From an uncultured Actinomycetes bacterium (lineage in GTDB: Bacteria; Actinomycetota; Thermoleophilia; RBG-16-64-13), in assembly GCA_963706025.1 (NCBI GenBank), contig CAVPLM010000011.1, positions 32,001-96,000 of the forward strand: DNA of 64,000 bases. The letters are read 5' to 3'. The notes below the pieces were generated by a model. The model was not told where the DNA came from and did no database searches. It was given only the letters and a program-made list of their open reading frames with translations. The position numbers and the translations under genes were made by a program. Below are positions 33,390-43,852 of this stretch, in pieces; position 1 is the first letter of the stretch; each line of letters starts with the position of its first letter.

Positions 33390-34935
33390 TCACGGAGTAT
33401 AGACCCAGGTATCTCCTAGGTCACCCTCGGTGCTGGAGAACCCTCCGAACATGACCATCTGCCCGCTGGACGGCTCGTAGACCATCGACTGATCTTCCCG
33501 GGCGGAAGGCAAGGTTCCCTCCGGGGTGATGTCGCTCCACGTGTTCACCGTGGGATCGTAGGCCCAGGTGTCGTTGGACCCGCCTCCGAACATGATCATG
33601 AGGCCGCTGGCGGCATCGTAGACGAGGGACATAGCCAGTCTCGCGAAGGGCACCGCGCCTTCCGGGCTGAGGTCGGTCCAGGTGTTGGCGGCCAGGTCGT
33701 AGGCCCAGGTGTCGTTGAAAGTGACCGTGTCTCTGAATCCTCCGAACACGATCAGCCGGTTGCGCGACCGGGTCGCAGGCCATAGAGTGCAAGGCGCGCG
33801 CCGGGGGCAGCGTTCCCGAGGGCTTGAGCTCGGTCCAGGTGTTGGCGGCGGGGTCATAGGCCCAGGTGTCGTTGAGGAACTCGCACTGTCGGCGCCGTCA
33901 CCCGACTGCCCCCCGAACATGATCAACCGGCCGCTTGAGGCATCGTAGACCATCTGGTGACCGGCGCGCGCAGGGGGCAGGGTTCCTGCCGGGCTCAGTT
34001 CGGTCCAGGTGTTGGCGGCCGGATAGTAGGCCCAGGTGTCGTTGAAACGAGTCCCCGCCCCATCGAATCCTCCGAACATGATCAGCCGATGGGTAGCCGG
34101 ATCGTACGCCATCGCTGGGTTCACGCGCGCTATGGGGAAGCGGCCCCGCGGGTTTCAGCTCGGTCCAGGTGTTGGCGGCGGGATCGTAGGCCCAGGTGTC
34201 GTGGAGGAGATTCGCCCGAGCGGCATCGCTCTTGAGAGTCGGGCCACCGCCGAACATGATCATCCTATGGGTGTCGGAATCGTATGCCATCTCGTGGCCG
34301 CTGCGCGCCGACGGCGTCCCCTCTGGGTAGAGTTCGGTCCACGTGTTGTGCCCCATCAGGCCCGGCGACGCCATGTGGCCGCCGGTATGTGTGGCCGCCC
34401 AGGTCCCTCCAGCCGCTGCCGCGGCGACGAGCACGACGGCGGCCGCCGCGAGGATCCACCACCGTCGGCGGGCCCAGCGGCGCATCTTGACAGCCTTCCT
34501 GGGGACACCGGCCTGCGATTGCCCCGCAGCTTTCGATGCACGGATCGCGTCCCGCACGGCGGCTACGATCTCCTCTTGCTTCTTCTCGACTTCCGCTGCG
34601 GCCTTGAGCTTCTGCCACACGTTCACGTAGTACTCGATGGAGGAGTTGGGCACGGTGTCGTCCGTGCGCAGGGCGAGCACGGGCCGCTGGTAGGCCACGG
34701 CCCGCTCGATCTCGCGAAGCACGTAGGGAGAGGCGTTGGAGAAGGTGGAGAAGATCAGGACCACCAGTTGCGAGTTTCGGATCGCATCCATGATGGCCGC
34801 GGCGTAGTCCGTGCCCGCTTCGACATCACGGGGGGCCATCCAGCAGACGATGCCGTCCGCCTCGAGCAGCGCGCAGACGTGGGCGGCCGTGTCGGCATCC
34901 TCCGTGGCGTAGCTCACGAAGACCTGATGCGCCAT
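33390..34935 (-). CDS. TIR - TM - Kelch beta-propeller protein (subtype 1), frame broken
   Basis: MAHQVFVSYA..SPYVLREIERA; RRRWWILAAAAVVLVAAAAAGG TM; six Kelch blades, ends WVYTP*. Confidence 0.9.
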
Positions 34936-35082
34936 GGACACCTCCGCTGCGTCCGGACTGCAACCGAGCTCATAACACACAATAGAGCAGCGGCCGTCGA
35001 CGCGCTAGTGGCGAGTCACAGCCCGCGTCTTACGCCTTCGCAAGAGATAGCGCCGCGGAGAGGTCGGAAAGGGGACCGTACG

Positions 35083-35271
35083 ATGGGCACCATGATCGGA
35101 ATCGTCGGAACGCTGGGAACAGTATTCGATCTCCTCCAGGGGCTCTGGGACTCGTTGGACAGGGCCGGGCTGGGCCAGGACAAGAGGGAGAAGATCATTG
35201 GTGACTTCTTGGATCGTTTGAGGCACGGGGAGCGGCTTACCAGGCTGGGACTACAGTGTCGTCATGCCTAG
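35083..35271 (+). CDS. Small hypothetical protein (62 aa)
   Basis: AAAGGGG RBS then MGTMIGIVGTLGTVFDLLQGLW..; protein-like composition. Confidence 0.45.
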   Translation: MGTMIGIVGTLGTVFDLLQGLWDSLDRAGLGQDKREKIIGDFLDRLRHGERLTRLGLQCRHA

Positions 35272-35317
35272 GACACAAGGGTCATGGGGGAGGAAACCGG
35301 CCGGTTGCTTTCGACCA

Positions 35318-35440
35318 TCCTCCCGCGTCTGCGCCATGCTCGAGGGGAACGGCATCGGCTGCTGGTCAGCATCGTGCGATGCAACGGCCAGGAAAGACAA
35401 GGCGGCCGCGAATCTTCAGGCCCTCCACACCTCGGACCTG
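35318..35440 (+). pseudogene. Decayed TIR fragment, subtype 2
   Basis: SSRVCAMLEGNGIGCWSASCDATARKDKAAANLQALHTSDL aligns to ATRVCTLLEADGIGCWLASRDATSSEDKASATIEAIRRSDL of the 38251 gene. Confidence 0.75.
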
Positions 35441-35567
35441 GGGACGGCTGGCTCTCGGTAGCCCGCGCTGTTAGCCGGAGGGGACCTGCAGGACCTTCTC
35501 CAGATAGGTCGCAGCCGTGTCAGAATAAGAAGACTTGTGCCACAATCCGTCGCATGAGAGGGCCGCT

Positions 35568-36231
35568 ATGACCGATGAAGTCGCCGCCGAGTATCGCTAC
35601 TGGGCGTTCATCAGCTATAGCAGCAAAGATGAGGCGCACGCCAAGTGGCTTAACCACGCAATTGAGACGTTCGGCGTGCCGGCAAAACTCGTCGAGCACA
35701 ACCACAAGACGCCAACTGGCGAGTCGGCACCTAGAACGGCTCCGTCCGGTCTTTCGTGATCGTGACGAACTACCTGCATCATCCGATCTGGGTCACACCA
35801 TCCAAGATGCACTGGTCGCCTCGCGCTATCTGATCGTGGTCTGTTCTCCCAATGCGGCCACGTCCGTGTGGGTGAACCGGGAGGTGGAGACGTTCGCCGC
35901 AATGGGTCGCAGGGAACGCATCTTGGCGTTCATCGTAGATGGCGAGCCCTATAGTGGTGGTGAGCAGGAATGCTTCCCGCCGGCGCTGAAACAGCAGGAA
36001 CCCCTCGCGGCTGACGCCCGACGGCTTGGTGATGGCAGGGCGGACGCCCGCTTGAAGCTCCTTGCCGGGATGCTCGGGGTGGGCTTCGACGCGCTGAAGG
36101 ACCGCGAACGCCGTCGCCGCATGCGCCGCCTCCAGATCGTGACCGCAGTGGCCACTGCATTGGTTCTTGTCTTCGCCATCTTGGCGTACTTCGCATACTC
36201 CCAGCGGCAAGGCCCGGGTCCGGTTCATTGA
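35568..36231 (+). CDS. TIR_2-type domain + single TM, lacking a C-terminal sensor (truncated or adaptor); frame break ~35735
   Basis: YWAFISYS, FRDRDELPASSDLG, CSPNAATSVWVNREV, EPLAADAR, TM IVTAVATALVLVFAILAYF. Confidence 0.8.
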
Positions 36232-36503
36232 CATTGGGGCTCACTCGCCTTATGATTCGTGTTGCCACCCCTGGGCTATATGCGCAGGGCGCGAAGCCGC
36301 TTCAGGGCGGTTTCGCATTTTTGTGGGGCCATGTTCTATCCTACAGTCTTAAATAGCGGCTGTGGAAATCGTTTAACCAGCCGCAGAGATGCGCACTCCG
36401 CCTCCGCTGACGTCGCACTCCTGCGGATAGAACAAAGCTGCTGACCTTAGGCCCGTTCACACCCTCCCCAGGAGCGCAAATCCCCTGATTCTGCCCCCCA
36501 TCC

Positions 36504-36577
36504 CTTCGGGGTCCGGGCTCGAACCGGGGACACCACAATCATCAGTCATGAACTCTGCCCGACCGAGCCACCACGTC
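36504..36577 (-). pseudogene. Degenerate tRNA (tRNA-Phe-like scaffold, anticodon now GAT)
   Basis: GACGTGG TG GCTC..GAGT CATGA CTGATGA TTGTG GTGTC CCCGG TTCGAGC CCGGA CCCCGAA; D, anticodon and T arms recognisable, acceptor stem broken. Confidence 0.65.
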
Positions 36578-36687
36578 GCTGGTGGAGGCTGCCCGGTCAG
36601 CGGCCTGACGATAAGCGCAACCTACAGTTGACTTACCCGGCTCTGTAGTGTCTTATGGATTCTGTCGCAGTCGTCGGGAGCGAGGTG

Positions 36688-38249
36688 ATGTTCTTGGCGC
36701 ATCAGGTCTTCTTGAGCCACGCTACGGAGGACCGGGACACGGCCCTCCAAGTCTGCGCCGCGCTCGAGCCGGAAGGGATCCGCTGCTGGATAGCACCTCG
36801 CGACGTGCCGGCGGGCACCGACTACGCCGCCGCTATCCTGGACGGCATCCGGACCTCAGACCTTGTACTGCTTATCTTCTCCGCGCATGCCGACGCCTCC
36901 CCCTACGTTCTGCGTGAGATCGAGCGAGCCGTGGCATATAAGAGGCCGGTGCTCGCACTCCGGATAGATGACGCTGCCCTCAGTTCCTCCATCGAGTATT
37001 ACGTGACCCTGTGGCGGAAGCTCGATGCATCCGCCGGGATCGACACGAAACAGGCCGAGATCGTGGCCGCCGTGCAGGCCGCGCTGGTCGCTGGGGCGCC
37101 CGCTTCAGAATCAGGGTTGAGGGCGGCAAAGCGCTCCCGCCTGCTGGGTGGTTGGAGTCGGAGGAAGAAGGCCATCGCCCTCGCTGCGGTGGCGACAGCA
37201 GTAGTGGCGATCGGCCTCGGTCTGGGGCTCGGCCTTGGTCTCGCCCAGAACCACGGGGCCTCGGGAGCCGGCCTGACACCCGGCCAAGTGATCTGGAAGA
37301 ACCTCCACCCGAAGGAACCGCTGCCTCCCGCGCGGTACCTTTCAGAGATGGTCAATGACCCGACCAGCGGACGGCTGATCATGTTCGGTGGGGCCGTGGA
37401 CACGCCGGAAGGCGGTCGGGAGCTCATCGGCGACACGTGGGCCTACGATCCTTCGGCCAACACGTGGACCGAGCTTGGCCCCTCGGGTCCCCCTTCTGCC
37501 CGTGAGGCCCCGGCAATGGCCTACGACCCGGCTACTCGCAGGGTCATCATGTTCGGTGGCGGAGAGTCCATCGACGGTACCAGCTCAGCGATACCTGGGC
37601 CTACGATCCGGCGGCCAACACCTGGGCGCAACTCAGCCCCGCAGGCCCGGCGCCGATGGGTCGAAGCGGCCACGTGATGGTCTATGATCCCCCCAGCGGC
37701 CGCATACTCATGTGGGGAGGCGCGGGGGGAGAGGGGGTCTTCTTCAATGACCTCTGGGCTTTCGACGCAACCACGAACACGTGGACCGAGCTCATACCCA
37801 CAGGAGCTCTGCCTGCGGGGCGCTCCCAAGCGGCCATGGCCTACGATCCGGTCACGCGCAGGATGATCCTCTTCGGCGGCTGGGCTGACGAGTCCGCATT
37901 CGGCGACACCTGGGCCTACGACCCGGTGGCGAACGCCTGGACCGAGCTCCAGCCTGGGGGCACGCTGCCGTCTCCGCGCTACGCGCACGAGTTGGTCTGC
38001 GACCCCTCGCGCGGGCTCCTCGTAATGTTCGGTGGTGGAGATTTCTCTCGTGATTACAACGATACCTGGACCTACGATCCGGCGGCGAACATCTGGACCA
38101 GACTCAGCGCTCTTCACGGCGCGGCGCCCTCCCGGCGCGGGGCACACGCGATGGTCTACGACCCTTCGGGAGGACGGCTGATAGTGTTCGGGGGCGACTC
38201 GTCCGCGCACGGCATCCTCAACGACACCTGGGCCTGCACTTTTGAATGA
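36688..38249 (+). CDS. TIR - TM - Kelch beta-propeller protein (subtype 1), frame break ~37590
   Basis: HQVFLSHA..SPYVLREIERA; AIALAAVATAVVAIGLGLGLGLG TM; six blades ending DTWACTFE*. Confidence 0.9.
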
Positions 38250-38250
38250 C

Positions 38251-39804
38251 ATGCCCGCCGGTAACGTCTTCCTAAGCTACACCGGGCGGGACGAAGAGGC
38301 GGCCACGCGGGTCTGCACCCTGCTCGAGGCAGACGGCATCGGGTGCTGGCTGGCTTCGCGCGACGCGACATCGAGCGAGGACAAGGCGTCCGCGACCATC
38401 GAGGCCATCCGCAGATCGGACCTCGTGCTCCTCATCTTCTCCGCTTCTGCGAACTCATCGCCCTACGTTCTGCGTGAGATCGAAAGGGCGATCGCGTATG
38501 AGCGCCCTGTCCTTTCCATACATCTTGACGACGCCGTTCCCAACCCTTCCCTCGAGTACTACCTGAACCTGTGGCAATGGCTCGACGCCCCCGGCAGTCT
38601 CGAGGAAAGGCGGGAGGAGATCGTCGCGGCGGTTCGCCGGCAGTTGGCAGGCACGCCCGGACCGCAACTGTTCGAGCCGGATTCACCGGCTCCGTCTGAG
38701 ACCACGGAAGAGCCTGAGCCACTGCCGCCCGAGGACGTGCCGCACCCCCGTCGACGCCGGCTCAGGACGTGGATCATCGCCTTGGCCTTGGCAGTCTTGG
38801 TGGCAGCCGTCAGCCTCGGGCTTATCCTCGGGCTGGGCGTGACGCGAGAAGGGGACATCTGGACCGAACTCACCCCAGAGGGCGCCCGCCCGCCGCTCGC
38901 GGCGGCCACGACATGGTCCTCGACTCCTCTGCCGGTCTCCTGATAGTCTTCGGGGGGAAACGGCGCGCGCAGGAGACTTCAACGATACCTGGGCCTACGA
39001 TCCGCTCGCCAACACCTGGAGCGTCCTTGCCCCGTCGGGCGCACAGCCTGAGGCACGGTATGACCACGCGATGGCGTACGATGAGGCCACCGATCAGGTC
39101 ATCATGTTCGGCGGATACAGCGGCCCCGAGGACGGTACCGGCGACTACTACGACGACACCTGGGCGTACGACGCCAAGGCCAACGCCTGGACCAAGCTCG
39201 AGCCGTCCGGAGCAGTGCCCCCCGCTCGCGCGTACCACACCATGGCCTACGATCCGGTGACCCAGCGGACGATCATGTTCGGGGGAGCCGGGACGGAGGA
39301 CGTCTTCGCCGACACCTGGGCGTACGACGCCAAGGCCAACGCCTGGACCAAGCTCGAGCCGTCCGGCGCTGTGCCCCCCGCCCGCGCGGGCCATACCATG
39401 GCGTATGACCCGGACGTGCATAGAATGATCCTGTTCGGCGGCGGCATAGTTACAACTGCAAGACTCGACGACACCTGGGCTTACGATCCCGACCTCAAAC
39501 ACCTGGGTCGACCTCACCCCGGCGGGGAGCCCGCCTGCGGGTCGATTGGGTGCGGCGATGACCTATGACTCCGCCAGCGACCGAATCGTCATGTTCGGAG
39601 GGGACCGACGAAGTGGGCCTCTGCTCCGATACCTGGGCTTACGACTCGAGCAAGAACCGCTGGACCGAACTGAACTCGGAGACCCATCCCGTCCCGCGCT
39701 TCAATCTCTGCATGGCCTACGACCCTTCCACGGAACGCGTCATCATGTTCGGAGGGACCAGCCCGGGGGGCGCCCGGTCGGATACGTGGGTCTGCACACC
39801 ATAG
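38251..39804 (+). CDS. TIR - TM - Kelch beta-propeller protein (subtype 2), frame broken
   Basis: NVFLSY..SPYVLREIERA; WIIALALAVLVAAVSLGLILG TM; six blades ending DTWVCTP*. Confidence 0.9.
39154..39366 (+). repeat. 57-bp identical direct repeat between adjacent Kelch blades
   Basis: 39154-39210 = 39310-39366 (CGACACCTGGGCGTACGACGCC...GAGCCGTCCGG), 156 bp apart. Confidence 0.9.
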
Positions 39805-39925
39805 TGGGCGTCGACCGAATGAAGCATCTGAACCTTCGCACCATCTACCCCGGCCACGGGAAGCCTTTCCCCTGGTCAGAGTTTGCCGCGAAACAGTGAC
39901 CGGATTGCGGCCCTAGGCTGCTCTT

Positions 39926-40155
<230 letters not shown>

Positions 40156-40199
40156 CTTCAGAAAGCCAAGAACGGCACGTCCGGCCCGGCCCCAGGTGG

Positions 40200-40504
40200 C
40201 CGGGTTTTCGCGTCTTCGGGGCGAGTTCGGGGGCAAGTCGGGGGCAAACTCGATAGCAGTCAAGGGACTTGGACGGACGCAAACGGACTACGCAACAGAA
40301 TGGCGTCCCCTGGAACTCCGTCTTGTGAAATCCGTTGGATTGACGCAGAGTGGAACCGGCCTATACTGAATCCATGCGGGGAGTGAGTCACTCTCCCGAT
40401 TTGTAGCTCGGGGAGGCCGTGAAGACGGGGCCTTGCACGAGTTTCGACCCGCGCCTCGCTCCGTGCGGACACCGATTCTGCCCGAGGGGGAGGTGCGTCC
40501 TATG
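40200..40504 (+). promoter_or_regulatory. Conserved ~300-bp upstream module copy 1 (arm-type-like repeats, promoter, structured leader, RBS)
   Basis: Homologous to reverse complement of 62845-63149; TTGACG-16-TATACT at 40340-40367. Confidence 0.8.
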
Positions 40505-41536
40505 AAGCCCAAAAGAAGTTTTGTGCTGGGCTTGCGTGTGCAGGTAGCGTCGAGCGTGGGCAGCCGGAGGAGGCGCATAGCTGGCCTCGCTGCGGTCCTA
40601 TCGGTGCTAATACTCGTGCCGCTTATTTCGGCCTGTGGCAATCCCAAACTGTCCTATGTCTTCGTCGACGGCGACCACCAAAAATACAAACTGAGCATGG
40701 CTGTCGCCGAAAAGGGTCCGAACGGGGAAACGTTGGGAACGGTCACGCTTGAAGCCCTGCTGCATATTGATGCCAACATCGACAAACCGCATCGCTGTGC
40801 GAGTTTCGTTACGGTTGATTACGAAGACGTGAAGATAAGCACGACTGGCTCCGCCCAGAGCAGCGGGAACCAAATCCCAACAGCCTACTTCCACTTGTGC
40901 GAGGACCGTTTGCTCACTTTCAGCGGGCCAGCGCCGAGAGGTGACAACTATTCCGTCGAACTTGCGAGGACCGGTCCCAACGGTTCATTAAGCGTCATGC
41001 TGCTGAACACGCTGGTCGGCAAGTGCTTCGCACAACCGCGACGCGATTCCCTTCACGAGTTGACGACTGGGAACGAGTGGACAACGACGCGGCAGCTTCC
41101 GGACGAATTCATGACGTATCTGTACACGGGCAAACGTCCGACTGACGACCAGAACAGGGAAACCACGCAGGTAGAGGTGACTGGGCTGACGGGGGAAGGT
41201 GCGTTCGCGGAGTTGGCCTGGTCTTCGGTCACTCCCCTTTCGTGGCAGGTCGACCGGACTGAAAGGCTTCTGGAGTCGGGCATGGACCCCTCGGAAATCG
41301 CTGTTCTTACCGCTGATGAGGGGGAGGCGACCATGGCGATGTCCGGTTCGCACAATTGCTCGGGGACCGCCTTCGTTCGAACGTCAGACGGGTGGCCGCA
41401 ACGAGCATCGATAGACCGGATGACCGTTGACCTCACTTCTTCGTGGGGCTACCCAGACGATCTCTCGTCGTCCGAGGAGGCTGGGCCAGTGGAAATGATT
41501 CTGGAGATTACGGGGTCAATCGAAGCGATTTCCTAG
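40502..41536 (+). CDS. Putative lipoprotein
   Basis: GGAGGT RBS, hydrophobic stretch then LISAC lipobox; lower GC. Confidence 0.75.
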   Translation: MKPKRSFVLGLRVQVASSVGSRRRRIAGLAAVLSVLILVPLISACGNPKLSYVFVDGDHQKYKLSMAVAEKGPNGETLGTVTLEALLHIDANIDKPHRCASFVTVDYEDVKISTTGSAQSSGNQIPTAYFHLCEDRLLTFSGPAPRGDNYSVELARTGPNGSLSVMLLNTLVGKCFAQPRRDSLHELTTGNEWTTTRQLPDEFMTYLYTGKRPTDDQNRETTQVEVTGLTGEGAFAELAWSSVTPLSWQVDRTERLLESGMDPSEIAVLTADEGEATMAMSGSHNCSGTAFVRTSDGWPQRASIDRMTVDLTSSWGYPDDLSSSEEAGPVEMILEITGSIEAIS

Positions 41537-41600
41537 CTGTACCGGAGGGCAGTGGGGGGGAATGGGTTGTCCACCCAAGAATAGTCAGCGAGCGACAATG

Positions 41601-41630
41601 ACGGAGGTCCTTCGGGGCCTCCGTTCTTTT
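41601..41630 (+). terminator. Rho-independent terminator
   Basis: ACGGAGGTCC-TTCG-GGGCCTCCGT-TCTTTT. Confidence 0.8.
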
Positions 41631-41892
41631 GGCACCGGGCCAGAGATCAGGGGACGAAACGCTCGCTAGTTCGCGGCCCGTCTTACTAGGTACGTTTCCT
41701 CTCCCCTCTGCGCCATCTTCACGTCCTCGTTGCCTTTGAGCGCCCTTCGTAACCCGGCCCTTAACGTGGCGGGCTTCGTATGGGCGAAGGTATCCCACTT
41801 GTTGTCAGATCTGCAGGTAGAAGAGTGGAACGAGAGTAGAATTCCCTCGTCTAAGGGCTGAGGGGTGACAGGTTCAAGAGGAGGCGCACTCC

Positions 41893-42885
41893 ATGGTCGT
41901 CTCGGGAAGAAAGCTTGGACTCTTGGCGGCAGTTGGGCTTCTTCTCGTTGCACTTCTCCTAGTTGCCTGTACCAATGCCCCCTCGACCCCCACGACCACC
42001 CTCCGAACGAGCACCTCGACCTCCACCTCCGTCTCCAAGACTCCCGGCATCTCCTCGACCTCCAGCCTCCCGCACATCGGCGAGACACAATCGACCATCC
42101 TCATAAGTAGGACAAGCCCGTGGGAGGACTATTACCTAGCACTCCACCGCCTGGACGCGCTCCTGCAAGCGGACGACCTACGGATGTCCCAGGTAGCGAC
42201 GGACATCAACCGTACCGCCCCCGACATACCACAGGCGGTCCACGACGAAATTGGGAAAATGTTCATCGCGCTCCAGCAAGCGGAGATGACCCTCGACCAG
42301 GTACCGGACATTCCCGCTGAGTATCGCGAAGCCCACGACCTACTGCTCCAAGCGGCCAACCACATGCTCATGAGGATTAACCAGACCGGCGTCGCCGTCC
42401 AGGATATCTTGAACAGCGGGGACCCCACATCCGGCAACCCCTACTTCCAAGTGGCGCGCAACTATCGGGACTACTACCGGCAGACGTTTGCGCAGTACCA
42501 AGCCGCACTTCCAGGAGGCCAACCGCCCACCGCCGCGGGCGCACAGGAAGGACCCACCCCCAGCCCCCCCTCGACCGCCGATACCAGTCCGGAGGCGCGT
42601 CTAGTCTCCGACCTCTCCGGTGATGGCTACGCCGCCTACGTGGTGAACCACCTGAACGAGGGCGGGACGACGGTCATCCTGGTCGGGGTCTGGGTGGACA
42701 TCTACATCTACGAGAAGACTCAGACCACCTACGATGCCATCTACGAGCATGCCATCTCGTCAGCGAAGCAGCATGGGGTTGCCGCCGGTGAAGGAGAGCT
42801 GCTTAGGGTTGAGCTGGTAGAGGCGCCACCCGGACAGAAGATAATCGAGTCACGAGACTTCGACCTCAGTGGCGCTGAGGGGTGA
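41893..42885 (+). CDS. Putative lipoprotein with Ser/Thr-rich linker and helical domain
   Basis: GAGGAGG RBS, LLVAC lipobox, PSTPTTT linker. Confidence 0.8.
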   Translation: MVVSGRKLGLLAAVGLLLVALLLVACTNAPSTPTTTLRTSTSTSTSVSKTPGISSTSSLPHIGETQSTILISRTSPWEDYYLALHRLDALLQADDLRMSQVATDINRTAPDIPQAVHDEIGKMFIALQQAEMTLDQVPDIPAEYREAHDLLLQAANHMLMRINQTGVAVQDILNSGDPTSGNPYFQVARNYRDYYRQTFAQYQAALPGGQPPTAAGAQEGPTPSPPSTADTSPEARLVSDLSGDGYAAYVVNHLNEGGTTVILVGVWVDIYIYEKTQTTYDAIYEHAISSAKQHGVAAGEGELLRVELVEAPPGQKIIESRDFDLSGAEG

Positions 42886-43050
42886 GAGAGCCATGAGAGC
42901 ACCACCTCTCGCGCAACTTTACGATGATAGGGTTGGGCCTCCACCGACTCTTTGAAGGCGTTTGGAGTCATGCGCACAGTAGACGGCCCTCTGGGACCGA
43001 GAGGTGCTACAGGAGCCAAGTGGGAACATGCGAGAAGTGGAGGGAGGGAG

Positions 43051-43497
43051 ATGATGGGGCAGATGGCCGAAGACCCTAATGTCCGGACAAGGAGGAAGTG
43101 GCCGTTTGTCGTTATAGGTTTGGCCATCCTCGTCGGTTTGGTGGTGGGCGCTTTCGTGGGCATCGTTGGCTATCGGGCGGTGCTCACCAAAGAGCCTGCC
43201 GACATGACCGTCTGGCTTAGTAACCCGGTCACCCCGAATCAAGTCGGTGCGCTAACGACGGAGATTGCCTCCTGGCCGGAGGTTACAGATGTTACGTTCG
43301 TGAGCGAGCTGGAGCGCTACGACAGGCTGAAGCGCGCAGCTGGAAGCCTTCACCTCATGGAGTGGATGCACGGCAATCCCTTCTCTCCTTCGTTCGAGGT
43401 CACCCTCAGCCAGCCGGTACCAGGTCTGGAAGTCCTCCGGCGCTTGCAGGAGAACTTCGAACCCGGACTTGTGGACGGGGTCGGCACAAAGTACTAG
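43051..43497 (+). CDS. Single-TM protein with stand-alone FtsX extracellular-like domain
   Basis: TM then MTVWL..PEVTDVTFVSE..GNPFSPSFEVTL, resembling FtsX ECD. Confidence 0.6.
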   Translation: MMGQMAEDPNVRTRRKWPFVVIGLAILVGLVVGAFVGIVGYRAVLTKEPADMTVWLSNPVTPNQVGALTTEIASWPEVTDVTFVSELERYDRLKRAAGSLHLMEWMHGNPFSPSFEVTLSQPVPGLEVLRRLQENFEPGLVDGVGTKY

Positions 43498-43624
43498 TAC
43501 GACGCCACCGATTGAGGATCCACCCGCGTTCCAACGGCACGAACAGGACGCGCTGTTTCAGGCACCCGCTGTCGTAGACCCACCACAGAAGGAGAGCCTC
43601 TTCCCGCCGGAGACATTGTCTTAG

Positions 43625-43852
43625 CTAGGGGGCCAAGTCTGTCGGTGGCCTTCTTGGGCGCTCACGTTCCTCCGGTGGGAGGTCTTCCTCGTAGCCGTTG
43701 CGCATCTCGTCCTGGGCCACGTCCGGGAACTGGGTGTGCCTGTACGCGCCCACCTCCATGCGTCTTTTCCGTGAGAAAGCCCTCAGTCTGAAGAAGCCGC
43801 TCACCACGAGGAGAACAACGAGAACGGCGACGGCAATCCAAAAGAGCCACAT
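43625..43852 (-). CDS. Small single-TM protein
   Basis: GAGGGG RBS, MWLFWIAVAVLVVLLVV, charged tail. Confidence 0.65.
   Translation of the reverse strand: MWLFWIAVAVLVVLLVVSGFFRLRAFSRKRRMEVGAYRHTQFPDVAQDEMRNGYEEDLPPEERERPRRPPTDLAP

Noticed and set aside
31765-39804. Recurring GACACCTGGGCCTACGA motif at ~150-bp spacing as a CRISPR array
   Set aside because: It encodes DTWAYD of Kelch blades; spacing is too long, repeats are degenerate at third codon positions, and no cas genes are present.
31765-39804. Diversity-generating retroelement acting on the Kelch loops
   Set aside because: No reverse transcriptase and no TR/VR pair with adenine-specific differences in this window; loops vary in length.
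40405-40490. Assigning the conserved leader to the c-di-GMP-II riboswitch class
   Set aside because: Only a vague 5' resemblance; the GGGCAC / GTGCAACCG pseudoknot elements are not identifiable by eye, so left unassigned pending an Rfam search.
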